This document shows positions 43,598-53,594 of a stretch of DNA of 64,000 nucleotides, piece after piece; positions within the stretch are counted from its first letter, which is position 1, and each line of letters starts with the position of its first letter. A model generated the notes under the pieces. That model did no database searches, was not told the DNA's origin, and saw only the letters and a program-made list of their open reading frames with translations. The DNA comes from Acidimicrobiales bacterium (GTDB taxonomy: Bacteria; Actinomycetota; Acidimicrobiia; Acidimicrobiales; Aldehydirespiratoraceae), in assembly GCA_965214285.1 (NCBI GenBank), contig OZ243946.1:718481-782480 (forward strand), read 5' to 3'. A program made the position numbers and the translations under genes.

Positions 43598-44323
43598 TCA
43601 GGGTTCGGCCTCGGGCTCGGCGCTGTCGTACATGTAGCCGATGCGGCGCACGGTCACGATGCGCTGCGGGTCCTGGGGGTCGGCCTCGATCTTGGCCCGA
43701 AGGCGCTTCACGTGGACGTCGAGCGTCTTGGTGCTGCCCACGTGGTCGAAGCCCCACACCCGGTCCATCAGCGTCTGGCGGGTGACCACCCGGCCGGCGT
43801 TCTCGATCAGCAGCGCCAGCACCTCGAACTCCTTGCGCGCCAGCGCCAGCGGCTCGCCGTCGGCTGACGCCTCGCGGCGGTCGCGGTCCACCACCACCCC
43901 GCCGACGCTGATTCGCCCGCCCGCGGCGCTGCGGCGAGTCGAGGCCCGCCGCAGCACCGTGCGCATCCGCGCTACCAGCTCCCGCACCCGATACGGCTTG
44001 GCCACGTAGTCGTCGGCGCCGATCTCGAGGCCGACCACCGTGTCGATCTCGGACCCGCGCGCCGACACCATGATCACCGGCGTGTCGCCGGCTGCCCTGA
44101 TGCGCCGGCACACGTCGATGCCCGAGATGCGGGGCAGCATCACGTCCAACAGCACCAGGTCGAAGGGCCGCGACTCGAACATCGCCAGCGCCTGCTCGCC
44201 GTCGCCGGCCACGTCCACCACGAACCCCTCGGCACCCAGCGCCACGCTCAGCCCCTCGGTGAAGGCCGGCTCGTCGTCGACGACCAGCACCCGGTACGGG
44301 CCGGCCTCGGGCTCGCTGCTCAC
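43598..44323 (-). CDS. OmpR/PhoB-family response regulator, divergent from pstS
   Basis: Receiver domain LVVDDE...DLVLLDVMLP and winged-helix C-terminus VTVRRIGYMYD. GTG start assumed. Confidence 0.8.
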   Translation of the reverse strand: MSSEPEAGPYRVLVVDDEPAFTEGLSVALGAEGFVVDVAGDGEQALAMFESRPFDLVLLDVMLPRISGIDVCRRIRAAGDTPVIMVSARGSEIDTVVGLEIGADDYVAKPYRVRELVARMRTVLRRASTRRSAAGGRISVGGVVVDRDRREASADGEPLALARKEFEVLALLIENAGRVVTRQTLMDRVWGFDHVGSTKTLDVHVKRLRAKIEADPQDPQRIVTVRRIGYMYDSAEPEAEP

Positions 44324-44456
44324 GCCCTCATTGTGGCCCGTGGCAGCGCCCAGGCCCTGATGGTGGCGCCGGTTCACCGAAAGTTCACCGCAGTTGGCCG
44401 ACTGTTCAGCGGGATCGCCGCAGCCCAGCAACCAGGCGTGCCTAGCTTGCGGCTCA

Positions 44457-45520
44457 TGAACAAACCAGCATGCAACATCCGCCCTCGACGCCGACGGCTC
44501 GCCCTCTGGGCGCTCGTCGCGGCGTTCGCCCTGATCGCAGCCGCCTGCGGCAGCGACGACAGCGACTCCGGCTCGGCGTCGGGCGGCGACAGCGGCGCAG
44601 CCGACACAGGGTCCGCGGCCACGATGTTCGGCGAGGTCTTCATCTCGGGATCGTCCACGGTCGAGCCCATCTCGATCCGGGTGGCCGAGCTCTTCGAGGA
44701 CGCCGCGCCCGACGTGTCGGTCTCCGTGGACGGGCCCGGCACCGGCGACGGCTTCAAGCTGTTCTGCGCAGGCGAGACCGACATCTCCGACGCATCACGC
44801 CAGATCAAGCCCGCCGAGCTGGCGGACTGCTTCGCTAATGGGATCGAGCGGATCGTGGAGCTCAAGGTCGGCATCGACGGCATCGCCGTGATGACCAACG
44901 CCGCCAACGACGCCGTGGAGTGCCTCAGCTTCGCCCAGCTCTTCGACCTGATCGGGCCGGCCGCCGAGGGCACGTCGAGTTGGGCAGAGGCGTCGCCGGG
45001 CCTGCCCGATGTGCCTCTCGACGTGTTCGGCCCCGGCGAGGAGTCCGGCACCTTCGACTCGTTCCTGGAGATCGTGTTCGAGGATCTGGCCGAGGAGCAC
45101 GGCCTGGAGGCCACCACCCGCACCGACTACAGCCCGTCGGGCGACGACAACGTCATCCTGCAGGGCCTGCAGTCCAGCGACACCAGCCTGGGCTGGGTCG
45201 GCTTCGCCTTCGCCGTCAACGCGAGCGGCGTGCGCCTGATCCCGATCGACGGCGGCGACGGCAGCTGCGTGGAGGCCACGCCCGCCTCGATCGCCTCCAA
45301 CGAATACCCGATCAGCCGCGACCTGTGGATCTACGTCAACGTCGACCGTGCCGAGGCCAACCCCGCCGTGGTCGCCTACGTGGACTACTACGTGACCGCC
45401 GCAGGGCTCGAGCGGGCAGTGGCCGAGGTCGGCTATGTGCCCCTCACCGATGCCGCGGCCGCCGAGACCGCCGAGCGCTGGGACAGCCGGATGCTCTTGG
45501 CCGCGCCCGAGGGCTCCTAG
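44457..45520 (+). CDS. pstS: Phosphate ABC transporter substrate-binding lipoprotein
   Basis: Lipobox LIAAACGS. A PstS-like fold sequence followed by pstCAB-phoU. Confidence 0.8.
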
Positions 45521-45571
45521 AGTTGGCGCGACCGCGATCCGCCTAGCACCGAGTAGTCCTGTAGGCATCCA

Positions 45572-46729
45572 GTGACCGACACCACGGCAGGCGCTACAGT
45601 GCCGGCGGCGCTCACGCCTCAGATGCTGCGGATCGCGCCGAGGCGGCGCAGTCGCGAGGTGCTGATCCGCTGGGTGCTCTTCGTGGCCGCCCTGGTGTCG
45701 GTCCTGGTGAGCGCGCTCATCCTGTGGACCCTGTTCAGCGAGGCATGGACGTTCATCGCCGAGGTCGCCTGGGCCGACACCTGGGGGCAGGCCGGCTGGT
45801 TCCCCCGCCGCGGCCTCTACGACATCCCCACCATCGTCGTGCCCACCCTCATCATCACCGCCATCGCCATGCTGGTGGCAGGGCCGCTGGGCCTCGGCGC
45901 TGCGGTGTATCTCTCCGAGTACGCCAGGCCGCGGGTGCGCTCGCTGCTCAAGCCGGTCCTGGAAGTGCTGGCGGGCATCCCGTCGGTGGTGCTGGGCTTC
46001 TTCGCCCTCACCTGGGTGGCGCCCAACATCGTGGGCCGCATCGGCAAGCCGGCGCTGCTGGCCGTGGGCCTCACGGTGCTGGGCGGCTATGCGCTGGCCG
46101 CCGTACTGCTGGCGCGCTGGCGCTACAAGCACTGCCGTGAGCGTCCCGGCGACCAGTCGGCGTATCTCGGTTTCGCGGCGCTGGCGGCCGCGCTGTCGCT
46201 GGCCTTCGTCGGCTACGTGGTCTGGCTGCTCGACATCGTCGAGGACTTCGCCCCGGCCAAGGCGGGCTCGATGGCCGCGGCCGGCATAGGCGTGGGCCTG
46301 CTGTCGATCCCGCTGGTGGCGTCGGTGTCCGAGGACGCAATGGCGGCGGTTCCCGAGGATCTCAGGCAGGCCTCGGCCGGCCTCGGGGCGCGCAAGCTGG
46401 CCACCTCCACGCGCATCGTGGTGCCGGCGGCGATCTCGGGGATCGTGGCGGCCTTCATCGTGGCCACCTCACGGGCCATCGGCGAGACCATGGTGGTGTT
46501 CCTGGCCGCGGGCGTGGCCGACGCCGCCCGCTACGCCGACTCGCCTTTCGAGGGCGGCATGACCATGACCGCGGCCATGGCGTCGCTGGCGTCGGGCACC
46601 GACAGCGTGGTCGGCGAGGGGCTCACCTTCCAGAGCCTGTACTTCGTGGGCCTGCTGCTGTTCGCGATCACGCTCAGCCTCAACGTGGTCGCGGCGCGCT
46701 TCGTGGCCCGAGTGCGGGAGCAGTACTGA
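45572..46729 (+). CDS. pstC: Phosphate ABC transporter permease
   Basis: Multi-TM permease immediately downstream of pstS. Confidence 0.8.
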   Translation: MTDTTAGATVPAALTPQMLRIAPRRRSREVLIRWVLFVAALVSVLVSALILWTLFSEAWTFIAEVAWADTWGQAGWFPRRGLYDIPTIVVPTLIITAIAMLVAGPLGLGAAVYLSEYARPRVRSLLKPVLEVLAGIPSVVLGFFALTWVAPNIVGRIGKPALLAVGLTVLGGYALAAVLLARWRYKHCRERPGDQSAYLGFAALAAALSLAFVGYVVWLLDIVEDFAPAKAGSMAAAGIGVGLLSIPLVASVSEDAMAAVPEDLRQASAGLGARKLATSTRIVVPAAISGIVAAFIVATSRAIGETMVVFLAAGVADAARYADSPFEGGMTMTAAMASLASGTDSVVGEGLTFQSLYFVGLLLFAITLSLNVVAARFVARVREQY

Positions 46730-46789
46730 GGATGCAGCGATGAGAGCAATGAGAGCAGCGATGAGCACAAAGAGAACGAGGGCGCCGCT

Positions 46790-47752
46790 GTGATCTCCCG
46801 GATCATGGACGACAGGTCCAAGGAGGCGATCGCGGCCTCGCTGAAGGGCCGCCGCATCGACACCCGCGGCCTGCTGTTCCGCACGCTGCTGCAGGCCGCC
46901 ATGATGCTGATCCTGGTGCTCTTGGCCGTGCTGTTGATCACGGTCTTCGCCGACGGCTGGAGCCAGTTCGGCCGGCGTCTCGGCGACTTCCTGAGCGGCA
47001 CGCTGCGCTCGCGATCCGACGACGCCGGGCTGGGCGTTCACCAGGGCATCTACGGCTCGCTGTGGATCGCCGTGATCGTGGCGCTGCTGGCCTTCCCGAT
47101 CGGCATCGCCGCGGCGCTGTACCTGGAGGAGTACGCGCCCCGCAACCGCCTGACCGCCTTCATCGAGGTGAACATCCGCAACCTCGCCGGCGTGCCCTCG
47201 GTGGTGTACGGGCTGCTGGGCCTGGCGATCCTGGTCAACGGCGACGTGTTCGGCCTCGACCGCCTGACCGGCGGGCGCAGCACCCTCTCGGCGGGGATCA
47301 CCATGGCGGTGCTGGTGCTGCCGATCGTGATCATCACCTCAGGCGAGGCCTTCCGGGCGGTGCCCAATGCGCTGCGCGAGGGCGCATACGGCGTGGGCGC
47401 GACTCGCTCGGAGATGATCCGCTCGCAGGTGCTGCCCTATGCGGCGCCGGGCATCCTCACCGGCACGCTGCTGTCGATCGCCCGTGCGGTGGGCGAGGCA
47501 GCGCCGCTGATCCTGGTCGGCGCGGTCACCGGGCGCCTCGGCGACAACCCGGCCCTGCTGGATGTGAGCGCCCTGGACGACCGCTTCACCGCCCTGCCCA
47601 TGGTGATCGCCACCTGGACCCAGCAGTCCGGTCGCGACGGGGGGTTTGCAGCAGCGGCCGCAGGTGCCATTGTTGTGCTGCTGGTGCTGGTGTTGCTGAT
47701 GAACTCCGCGGCCCTGGGGCTGCGCAATCGTTTCGAGAAGAAGAGAGGCTGA
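46790..47752 (+). CDS. pstA: Phosphate ABC transporter permease
   Basis: Multi-TM permease with EAA-like loop SGEAFRAVP. Confidence 0.8.
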   Translation: MISRIMDDRSKEAIAASLKGRRIDTRGLLFRTLLQAAMMLILVLLAVLLITVFADGWSQFGRRLGDFLSGTLRSRSDDAGLGVHQGIYGSLWIAVIVALLAFPIGIAAALYLEEYAPRNRLTAFIEVNIRNLAGVPSVVYGLLGLAILVNGDVFGLDRLTGGRSTLSAGITMAVLVLPIVIITSGEAFRAVPNALREGAYGVGATRSEMIRSQVLPYAAPGILTGTLLSIARAVGEAAPLILVGAVTGRLGDNPALLDVSALDDRFTALPMVIATWTQQSGRDGGFAAAAAGAIVVLLVLVLLMNSAALGLRNRFEKKRG

Positions 47753-47759
47753 CAGGCCC

Positions 47760-48764
47760 ATGACCGATGCCGTCGCCCGCCAGGCCGACAGCCCGCCCGC
47801 GGCGTCGCCGGCCGGCGAGTTGGCGCCGGCTGCCGGGTCCGAAGAGGCGCCTGCCGTCGTGACGCAGCAGCCTGCAGCCGCCGCGTCCGTCCAGCCTGCC
47901 GGGCCCGGCGAGGCGCCTGCCGTCGTGACGCAGCAGCCTGCAGCCGCCGCGTCCGCCGAGCCCGCAGTCGCCGCGTCCGCCGAGCCTGCCGCGGTGTTCC
48001 ACACCAAGGATCTCAACGTCTACTACGGCTCGTTCCGGGCGGTGCGCGACGTGTCCTTCGACGTGGCACGCCACGAGATCACCGCTCTGATCGGCCCGTC
48101 GGGCTGCGGCAAGACCACCGTGCTGCGCTGCTACAACCGCATGAACGACCTCATCGACGGGGCCAGGGTCACCGGCACCATCGAGTACCACGGCGTCGAC
48201 CTCTACCACGAGCAGGTCGATGCCGTGGAGGTGCGGCGGCGCATCGGCATGGTGTTCCAGAAGCCCAACCCGTTCCCCAAGTCGATCTACGACAACGTGG
48301 CCTACGGGCCGCGGGTCGCCGGCCGCAAGAAGGGCCTGGACGAGACCGTGGAGATCTCGCTCACAAAGGCCGCCCTGTGGGACGAGGTGAAGGACCGCCT
48401 CAACGACTCCGCATACGGCCTCTCGGGCGGCCAGCAGCAGCGGCTCTGCATCGCCCGAGCCATCGCCGTGGACCCCGACGTGCTGCTGATGGACGAGCCC
48501 TGCTCGGCGCTCGACCCCATCGCCACCGCCCGCATCGAGGATCTGATGCAGGAGATCAAGCGCGAGTACACCATCGTGATCGTCACCCACAACATGCAGC
48601 AGGCCGCACGGGTCAGCGACAAGACGGCGTTCTTCACTGCCGAGGCCCGTGCCGAGGACGACACCCGCACCGGCGTCCTCGTGGAGTGCAACCGCACCGA
48701 CGTGATCTTCTCCAACCCGTCCGACGAGCGAACCGAGAACTACGTGACCGGCAGGTTCGGCTGA
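47760..48764 (+). CDS. pstB: Phosphate ABC transporter ATP-binding protein with an unusual Ala/Pro-rich, internally repeated N-terminal extension
   Basis: [25 protein letters not shown] and PstB-specific ends. The upstream 69-nt tandem repeat spans 47838-47960. The real start may be GTG ~47991. Confidence 0.8.
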   Translation: MTDAVARQADSPPAASPAGELAPAAGSEEAPAVVTQQPAAAASVQPAGPGEAPAVVTQQPAAAASAEPAVAASAEPAAVFHTKDLNVYYGSFRAVRDVSFDVARHEITALIGPSGCGKTTVLRCYNRMNDLIDGARVTGTIEYHGVDLYHEQVDAVEVRRRIGMVFQKPNPFPKSIYDNVAYGPRVAGRKKGLDETVEISLTKAALWDEVKDRLNDSAYGLSGGQQQRLCIARAIAVDPDVLLMDEPCSALDPIATARIEDLMQEIKREYTIVIVTHNMQQAARVSDKTAFFTAEARAEDDTRTGVLVECNRTDVIFSNPSDERTENYVTGRFG

Positions 48765-48798
48765 GCGACCGTGACAGAGCAGCAGTGACCAGGCAGCG

Positions 48799-49518
48799 AT
48801 GACAGAGCAATCACGCAGGACATTCCACGAGGATCTCGAGTCGGTCCGAGACCTGATCGTGCAGCTCGGCGCCGAATCCGCCGAGGCAGTGGCACGGGCC
48901 ACGCAGACTCTGCTGGAGGGCAATCTCCGCGGTGCGCAGGCCGTGATCGACGGCAACGAGAGCATCCTCGGCGCCGCTTTCGAGATCGAGGAGAGCTGCC
49001 AGCGGCTGCTGGCGCTGCAACAGCCCATGGCCATCGACCTGCGCCGCATCATGGCCGCCACCTGGATCGCCGCTGAGCTGGTGCGCGTCGGCGGCTTGGC
49101 GGCCAACATCTGCAAGGGCACGCGGCGCATCTTCGGGGCCAGCCTCTCGCCGAGGATCCGGGGCCTGATCGCAGAGATGAACGAGGAATCGCTGCGCCTG
49201 ACACGCCTCGCGGTGGACGCCTACGTGGAGGAAGACGCAGGCCTGGCGGCGGCCCTGGAGGACATCGACGACCGCCTCGACTCGCTGCACCGCAGCCTGG
49301 TGCGCACGATCATCGAGGAGCAGGGCGAGGGCGGCCTGTCGATCCAGCCGGCGGTGCAGCTGGCGCTGATCGCCCGCTACTACGAGCGGATCGGCGACCA
49401 CGCCGTGAACATCGGCGAGCGCACCTGCTATCTGGTCTCGGGCTGGACGCTGGAGCAAGGCCCCATGGCCGAGGACGAACAGCCAGACGCTGCCGCCGAC
49501 AGCCCAGACGCGCAGTGA
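48799..49518 (+). CDS. phoU: Phosphate transport system regulator PhoU
   Basis: Two PhoU repeats (ERIGDHAVNIGE) immediately after pstB. Confidence 0.8.
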   Translation: MTEQSRRTFHEDLESVRDLIVQLGAESAEAVARATQTLLEGNLRGAQAVIDGNESILGAAFEIEESCQRLLALQQPMAIDLRRIMAATWIAAELVRVGGLAANICKGTRRIFGASLSPRIRGLIAEMNEESLRLTRLAVDAYVEEDAGLAAALEDIDDRLDSLHRSLVRTIIEEQGEGGLSIQPAVQLALIARYYERIGDHAVNIGERTCYLVSGWTLEQGPMAEDEQPDAAADSPDAQ

Positions 49519-49558
49519 GCCCGTTGGGCACGGTGGCCGGCGGGCTGAGGCCGCTGCC

Positions 49559-50854
49559 GTGACAGTCCTGGCGGTGATCGGCGCCCTGGCGGCAGGGGCG
49601 CTGGCGGCCCTTGCCATCCAGCGGGTCCGCTTCGCAGCGCTGGCCCGTGCCGCGGCCGCAGACGCCGGAGACGGCGCCGGCAGCGGCGGCTCGCGGTCGC
49701 CGACCGACGTGGCGGAGCGGCTGCTGCGCCGCAGCCGGCAGGCCGAGGCGGCGCTGGGCGAGGCATCCTCGGCGCTGCAGCAGCTCCGGGGCGGCATCGA
49801 CGAGCTGCCGGTCGGCGTGGTGCTGTGCGATCCGGACGGCAACGAGATCGTGCGCAACCGCCGGGCGGTCGAGCTCGCCGGCGCCGGTCTCGGCGAGGCG
49901 CTTGTCGCCAAGGCCGTCGACGAGCTGCTTGCCGAGGCCCGCAGCGGCCGGGCGGGCTCGCGTCAGGTGGAGCTGACCCAGTCGCGCCACGCCTATGCGG
50001 TCTCAGCCGTGCCGCTGCTGGCAGCCAGCGGCGGCTCGAGCGCCGACGGGGGCTCCGGCGTCGACACCGGCGGCCGCGGCGAACTGCTCGGTGCTGTGGC
50101 GCTGGTGCGCGACGTCACCGAGGAGCTGCGGGTGGAGCGGGTCCGCCGCGACTTCGTGGCCAACGTCAGCCACGAGCTGAAGACCCCGATCGGGGCGCTG
50201 GCCCTGCTCACCGAGGCCCTGACCGCAAAGGTCCAGGCGCCCGACGCCGACCCTGAGGCGTCGCTGTTGGCCGAGCGCATCCACAACCAGGTCGAGCGGG
50301 TGACCCGCACCATCGACGACCTGATGATGCTCAGCTACATCGAGGACGGCACAGACCACCTCGACGAGACGGCCGACCTCGCTGCGGCGGCGGCGGGCGC
50401 CATCGAGCGCATCTCCGAGGCTGCCGACCAGCACGGCGTGCAGGTGATGCCCCCGGAGGCAACCGCTGCCTCGGCTTTGGTGCGAGGCTCGACGGTGCAG
50501 CTCGAGTCGGCCTTGTTCAACCTGCTGGACAACGCCGTGAAGTTCAGCAAGCCCGGCGATGCCGTGATCGTCTCTGTGAACTGCGAGCCCGACCGGGTCG
50601 GCGTGAGCGTGGCGGACCACGGGATCGGCATCCCCGAGCCCGAGCACGACCGCATCTTCGAGCGCTTCTACCGGGTCGACAGCGCCCGCAGCCGCGACAG
50701 CGGCGGCACCGGGCTGGGCCTGTCGGTGGTGCGCCACGTGGTGATCAACCACGGCGGCGACCTGCGGGTCAGCTCGCGCGAGGGCGCCGGGTCCGTGTTC
50801 ACGCTCAGCTTCCCGCGAGCCGACCCGCCCGACACGGGCGGCGGCCGACAGTGA
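49559..50854 (+). CDS. Sensor histidine kinase (SenX3/PhoR-like)
   Basis: H-box FVANVSHELKTPIGAL and HATPase motifs DNAVKF and GGTGLGLSVV. Confidence 0.8.
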   Translation: MTVLAVIGALAAGALAALAIQRVRFAALARAAAADAGDGAGSGGSRSPTDVAERLLRRSRQAEAALGEASSALQQLRGGIDELPVGVVLCDPDGNEIVRNRRAVELAGAGLGEALVAKAVDELLAEARSGRAGSRQVELTQSRHAYAVSAVPLLAASGGSSADGGSGVDTGGRGELLGAVALVRDVTEELRVERVRRDFVANVSHELKTPIGALALLTEALTAKVQAPDADPEASLLAERIHNQVERVTRTIDDLMMLSYIEDGTDHLDETADLAAAAAGAIERISEAADQHGVQVMPPEATAASALVRGSTVQLESALFNLLDNAVKFSKPGDAVIVSVNCEPDRVGVSVADHGIGIPEPEHDRIFERFYRVDSARSRDSGGTGLGLSVVRHVVINHGGDLRVSSREGAGSVFTLSFPRADPPDTGGGRQ

Positions 50855-50914
50855 CCGTTGTCTGCGTGTTTGCAGCCAGGTTGCATTCCGGTTACGAAGT
50901 GACGGTGAAACCGC

Positions 50915-51478
50915 TTGCACCGCAGGACGCCGATGACGGCTGAGGCGGTCGAGGCGCGGCCCGCGGCCTCGCTGGTCGTGCTCGACGACCGCGGTGCCCT
51001 GCACGTTCTCGTCGGGCGGCGGCGCCCCGACCTGGTGTTCGCCCCCGGCCTGGTGGTGTTTCCGGGCGGTGCCGTCGAGGAGGACGACGCCTCGCCGCTG
51101 GCGGCGGCGCTGCGCGAGACCGGCGAGGAGACCGGCTGGTGGCCGCAGCCGCCCGATCCGAGTGGCGAGCCCGCGTACCCTTACGTCGGCCACTGGATCA
51201 CCCCAGAGCCCTCGCCCCGCCGATTCGACACCCACTTCTTCCTGGGCCGCTTCAGCGGCGGCGGCCCCCTGGTGGCCGACGAGAACGAGTTCGACGCCCT
51301 GTGGTGGGACCGTCCCGCGGCGCTGCTGCGCGACATCGAGAGCGGCGCGCTGGAAGCGATTACACCCACCCTGTCGATGCTCACCTCGCTGGCCGCCTAC
51401 CGGGATGCAGACGCTGCTTTTGGCGGCGTGATGCGCGGCATTGTTCGCCGCTTCCCGTGGGGCGAGACTTGGTTCTGA
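50915..51478 (+). CDS. NUDIX hydrolase
   Basis: Nudix box GGAVEEDDASPLAAALRETGEETGW. Confidence 0.7.
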   Translation: MHRRTPMTAEAVEARPAASLVVLDDRGALHVLVGRRRPDLVFAPGLVVFPGGAVEEDDASPLAAALRETGEETGWWPQPPDPSGEPAYPYVGHWITPEPSPRRFDTHFFLGRFSGGGPLVADENEFDALWWDRPAALLRDIESGALEAITPTLSMLTSLAAYRDADAAFGGVMRGIVRRFPWGETWF

Positions 51479-51739
51479 ATCATGCCCTGTGGACAGCCAT
51501 TGTGAAGCATCAGAACATCGTCAGAAAACGAACGTCAGTGCTCATGTTGCGATTTCTTTGCGAATTGATTAGGAATTGCCCAGAACAGCCGCTACCGTGT
51601 GCCTCAGTTAGGTGCTGCACGGGTGCAGGGTCGTGCAGCTCCCGGCTCGGGGGCTCGGCCCCCATCTCCCCCTCCAGGGAATCTGGGGTACGGTCGGTAT
51701 TCATGGGCCGGCCGGCCCCAGACCCCGGAGGCTGGCGTC

Positions 51740-52423
51740 ATGACCCGGCCTGACTTGGGCCGCTGCCTGCTGGCGGAACTGCTGGGCACGGCCCTGCTGC
51801 TCGTCAGCGTGATCGGCTCGGGCATCATGGCCGAGCGCCTCAGCGACGACACCGCCGTGGTGCTGCTGGCCAACGCCGCGGCCACCGCCGGGGCGCTGTA
51901 TGTGATCATCGCCGTCCTCGGGCCGGTCTCGGGCGCCCACGTCAACCCGCTGGTGAGCATCGCCGAAGCGCTGCTGCGGATGCGGCGCTGGCCCGAGACG
52001 GCCGCCTACTGCGCGGCTCAGTTCGCCGGCGGGGCACTGGGCACGATCGCCGCCAACGTCATGTTCGGCCTCGACGCCGTGAACGTCAGCAGCAAGGTGC
52101 GTGACGGCGCCGGCATCTGGTTTGCCGAGGCGCTGGCCAGCTTCGGCCTGCTGCTCGTGGTGTTCGGGCTGATCCGCAGCGGCAAGGCCGCCTCGGTGGC
52201 GTCTGCGGTGGCCTGCTATATCGGCGGCGCCTACTTCTTCACGTCGTCCACGTCGTTCGCCAACCCGGCGGTCACCGTGGCCAGGACCCTCAGCGACACC
52301 TTCGCCGGCATCGACCCGTCGTCGGTGGCGGGCTTCGTGGCCATGCAGCTCATCGGCGGCGGGCTGGCGATCCTGACGGTGCGCTGGCTGTACCCCGAGC
52401 CCAGCCGTCGACAGCAGGCTTGA
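51740..52423 (+). CDS. MIP-family channel (aquaporin/glycerol facilitator-like)
   Basis: SGAHVNPLVS (NPA-like box 1) and FANPAVTVA (NPA box 2). Start set at MTRPDLGRCLLAELLGTALLL. Confidence 0.7.
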   Translation: MTRPDLGRCLLAELLGTALLLVSVIGSGIMAERLSDDTAVVLLANAAATAGALYVIIAVLGPVSGAHVNPLVSIAEALLRMRRWPETAAYCAAQFAGGALGTIAANVMFGLDAVNVSSKVRDGAGIWFAEALASFGLLLVVFGLIRSGKAASVASAVACYIGGAYFFTSSTSFANPAVTVARTLSDTFAGIDPSSVAGFVAMQLIGGGLAILTVRWLYPEPSRRQQA

Positions 52424-52432
52424 GCGGCTGGG

Positions 52433-53527
52433 TCAGATCCTGGTGTCGGGTCGCAGGTACGAGGTGCCCGGCCCCGAGTACGACAGGCCGTAGCCGGGCG
52501 GGAAGGCCCAGTCGATCAGGGGCGGCTCGGCGATCGCCTCGCGCCACCAGGCGATGAGTCGGTCCTCGCCTTCGTAGTCGAAGGGGTCCTCGAGGATCTG
52601 CTCGGTCTCGCCGCCCGGCGGCGGCGGGTTCTGCGCCCACCAGCGCGCGGTCAGCGCGACCGCCTCACGGGCAGGCACCACATCCGCGTAGCCGAGCACC
52701 GTGCGCAGCGCCGTGGTGTCGAACACCCGGTGATGCGAGGTCGGCCCGGCCAGCAGCGGCCAGGCGGGCCGTGCCAGCTCCGCGGGCATCGACACCAGCT
52801 CCCAGTCATGGCCCAGCGCCGCCGCGCAGATCTCGACCACCTGGCGGATGCTCAGGGTCTCGCTGTCCGCGGCGTGGAACAGGCGGCCCTTGGCGGCCTT
52901 GGGCTGGTCCAACGCCAGCAGCACCGCATGGGCGAGGTTGTCCACGTAGCCGAACGAGTTGAGCATGGCGCCGTCGTCGGGCACCACGATGCTCCGCCGG
53001 CGGTCGAGGATGCGCCGCACGATCGACCACTCCCGCGGGGCGAGCTGGCGCGGGCCGTACACGTAGGGGTAGCGGAAGTGGGTGGCCTCTGGGATCGTCT
53101 CGAACACGATCCGCTCGGTGCGGGCGATGCGATACGACTTGCCGTCGTCGTCGGTGTCGGCTGTGGCGGCCGTCTCGGGCGCAGGCACCGGCAGCCCCGC
53201 CGGGTCGTGGCGCCAGGGGTCGAAGTAGCCGCGCAGCGCCGGGCCTCCGCCGATGGAGATCAAGTGCCCGACCCGCCCGGCGAGCACCTCCACGATGGTG
53301 CGCAGCCGCCCGTAGGTGACGATGGCGGCGTCCCAGGTCTCGGCGCCGATCGTGGCCGCCAGTGCCTGGCGGTCGCGCACGTCGACGTGGAGGTGGCGCA
53401 GGTGCATCACCTCGGGCAGCTCGTGGGCGCCGGTGTGGCAGATCACCGGCTCGTGGCCGCGTGCTTCGAGGCCTGCCACGATCGCCGGGCCGGTCGGGCC
53501 GGTGCCGCCGACTACCAGGACCCGCAT
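52433..53527 (-). CDS. NAD-dependent epimerase/dehydratase family protein
   Basis: MRVLVVGGTGPTGPAIVAGL Rossmann motif. Confidence 0.75.
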   Translation of the reverse strand: MRVLVVGGTGPTGPAIVAGLEARGHEPVICHTGAHELPEVMHLRHLHVDVRDRQALAATIGAETWDAAIVTYGRLRTIVEVLAGRVGHLISIGGGPALRGYFDPWRHDPAGLPVPAPETAATADTDDDGKSYRIARTERIVFETIPEATHFRYPYVYGPRQLAPREWSIVRRILDRRRSIVVPDDGAMLNSFGYVDNLAHAVLLALDQPKAAKGRLFHAADSETLSIRQVVEICAAALGHDWELVSMPAELARPAWPLLAGPTSHHRVFDTTALRTVLGYADVVPAREAVALTARWWAQNPPPPGGETEQILEDPFDYEGEDRLIAWWREAIAEPPLIDWAFPPGYGLSYSGPGTSYLRPDTRI

Positions 53528-53594
53528 CTGCTCATCCGCGCCGCGCTGGGGATCAGCCGCATCTTGCGCGCTCCCTGACCGGCACCGGCCGTCG

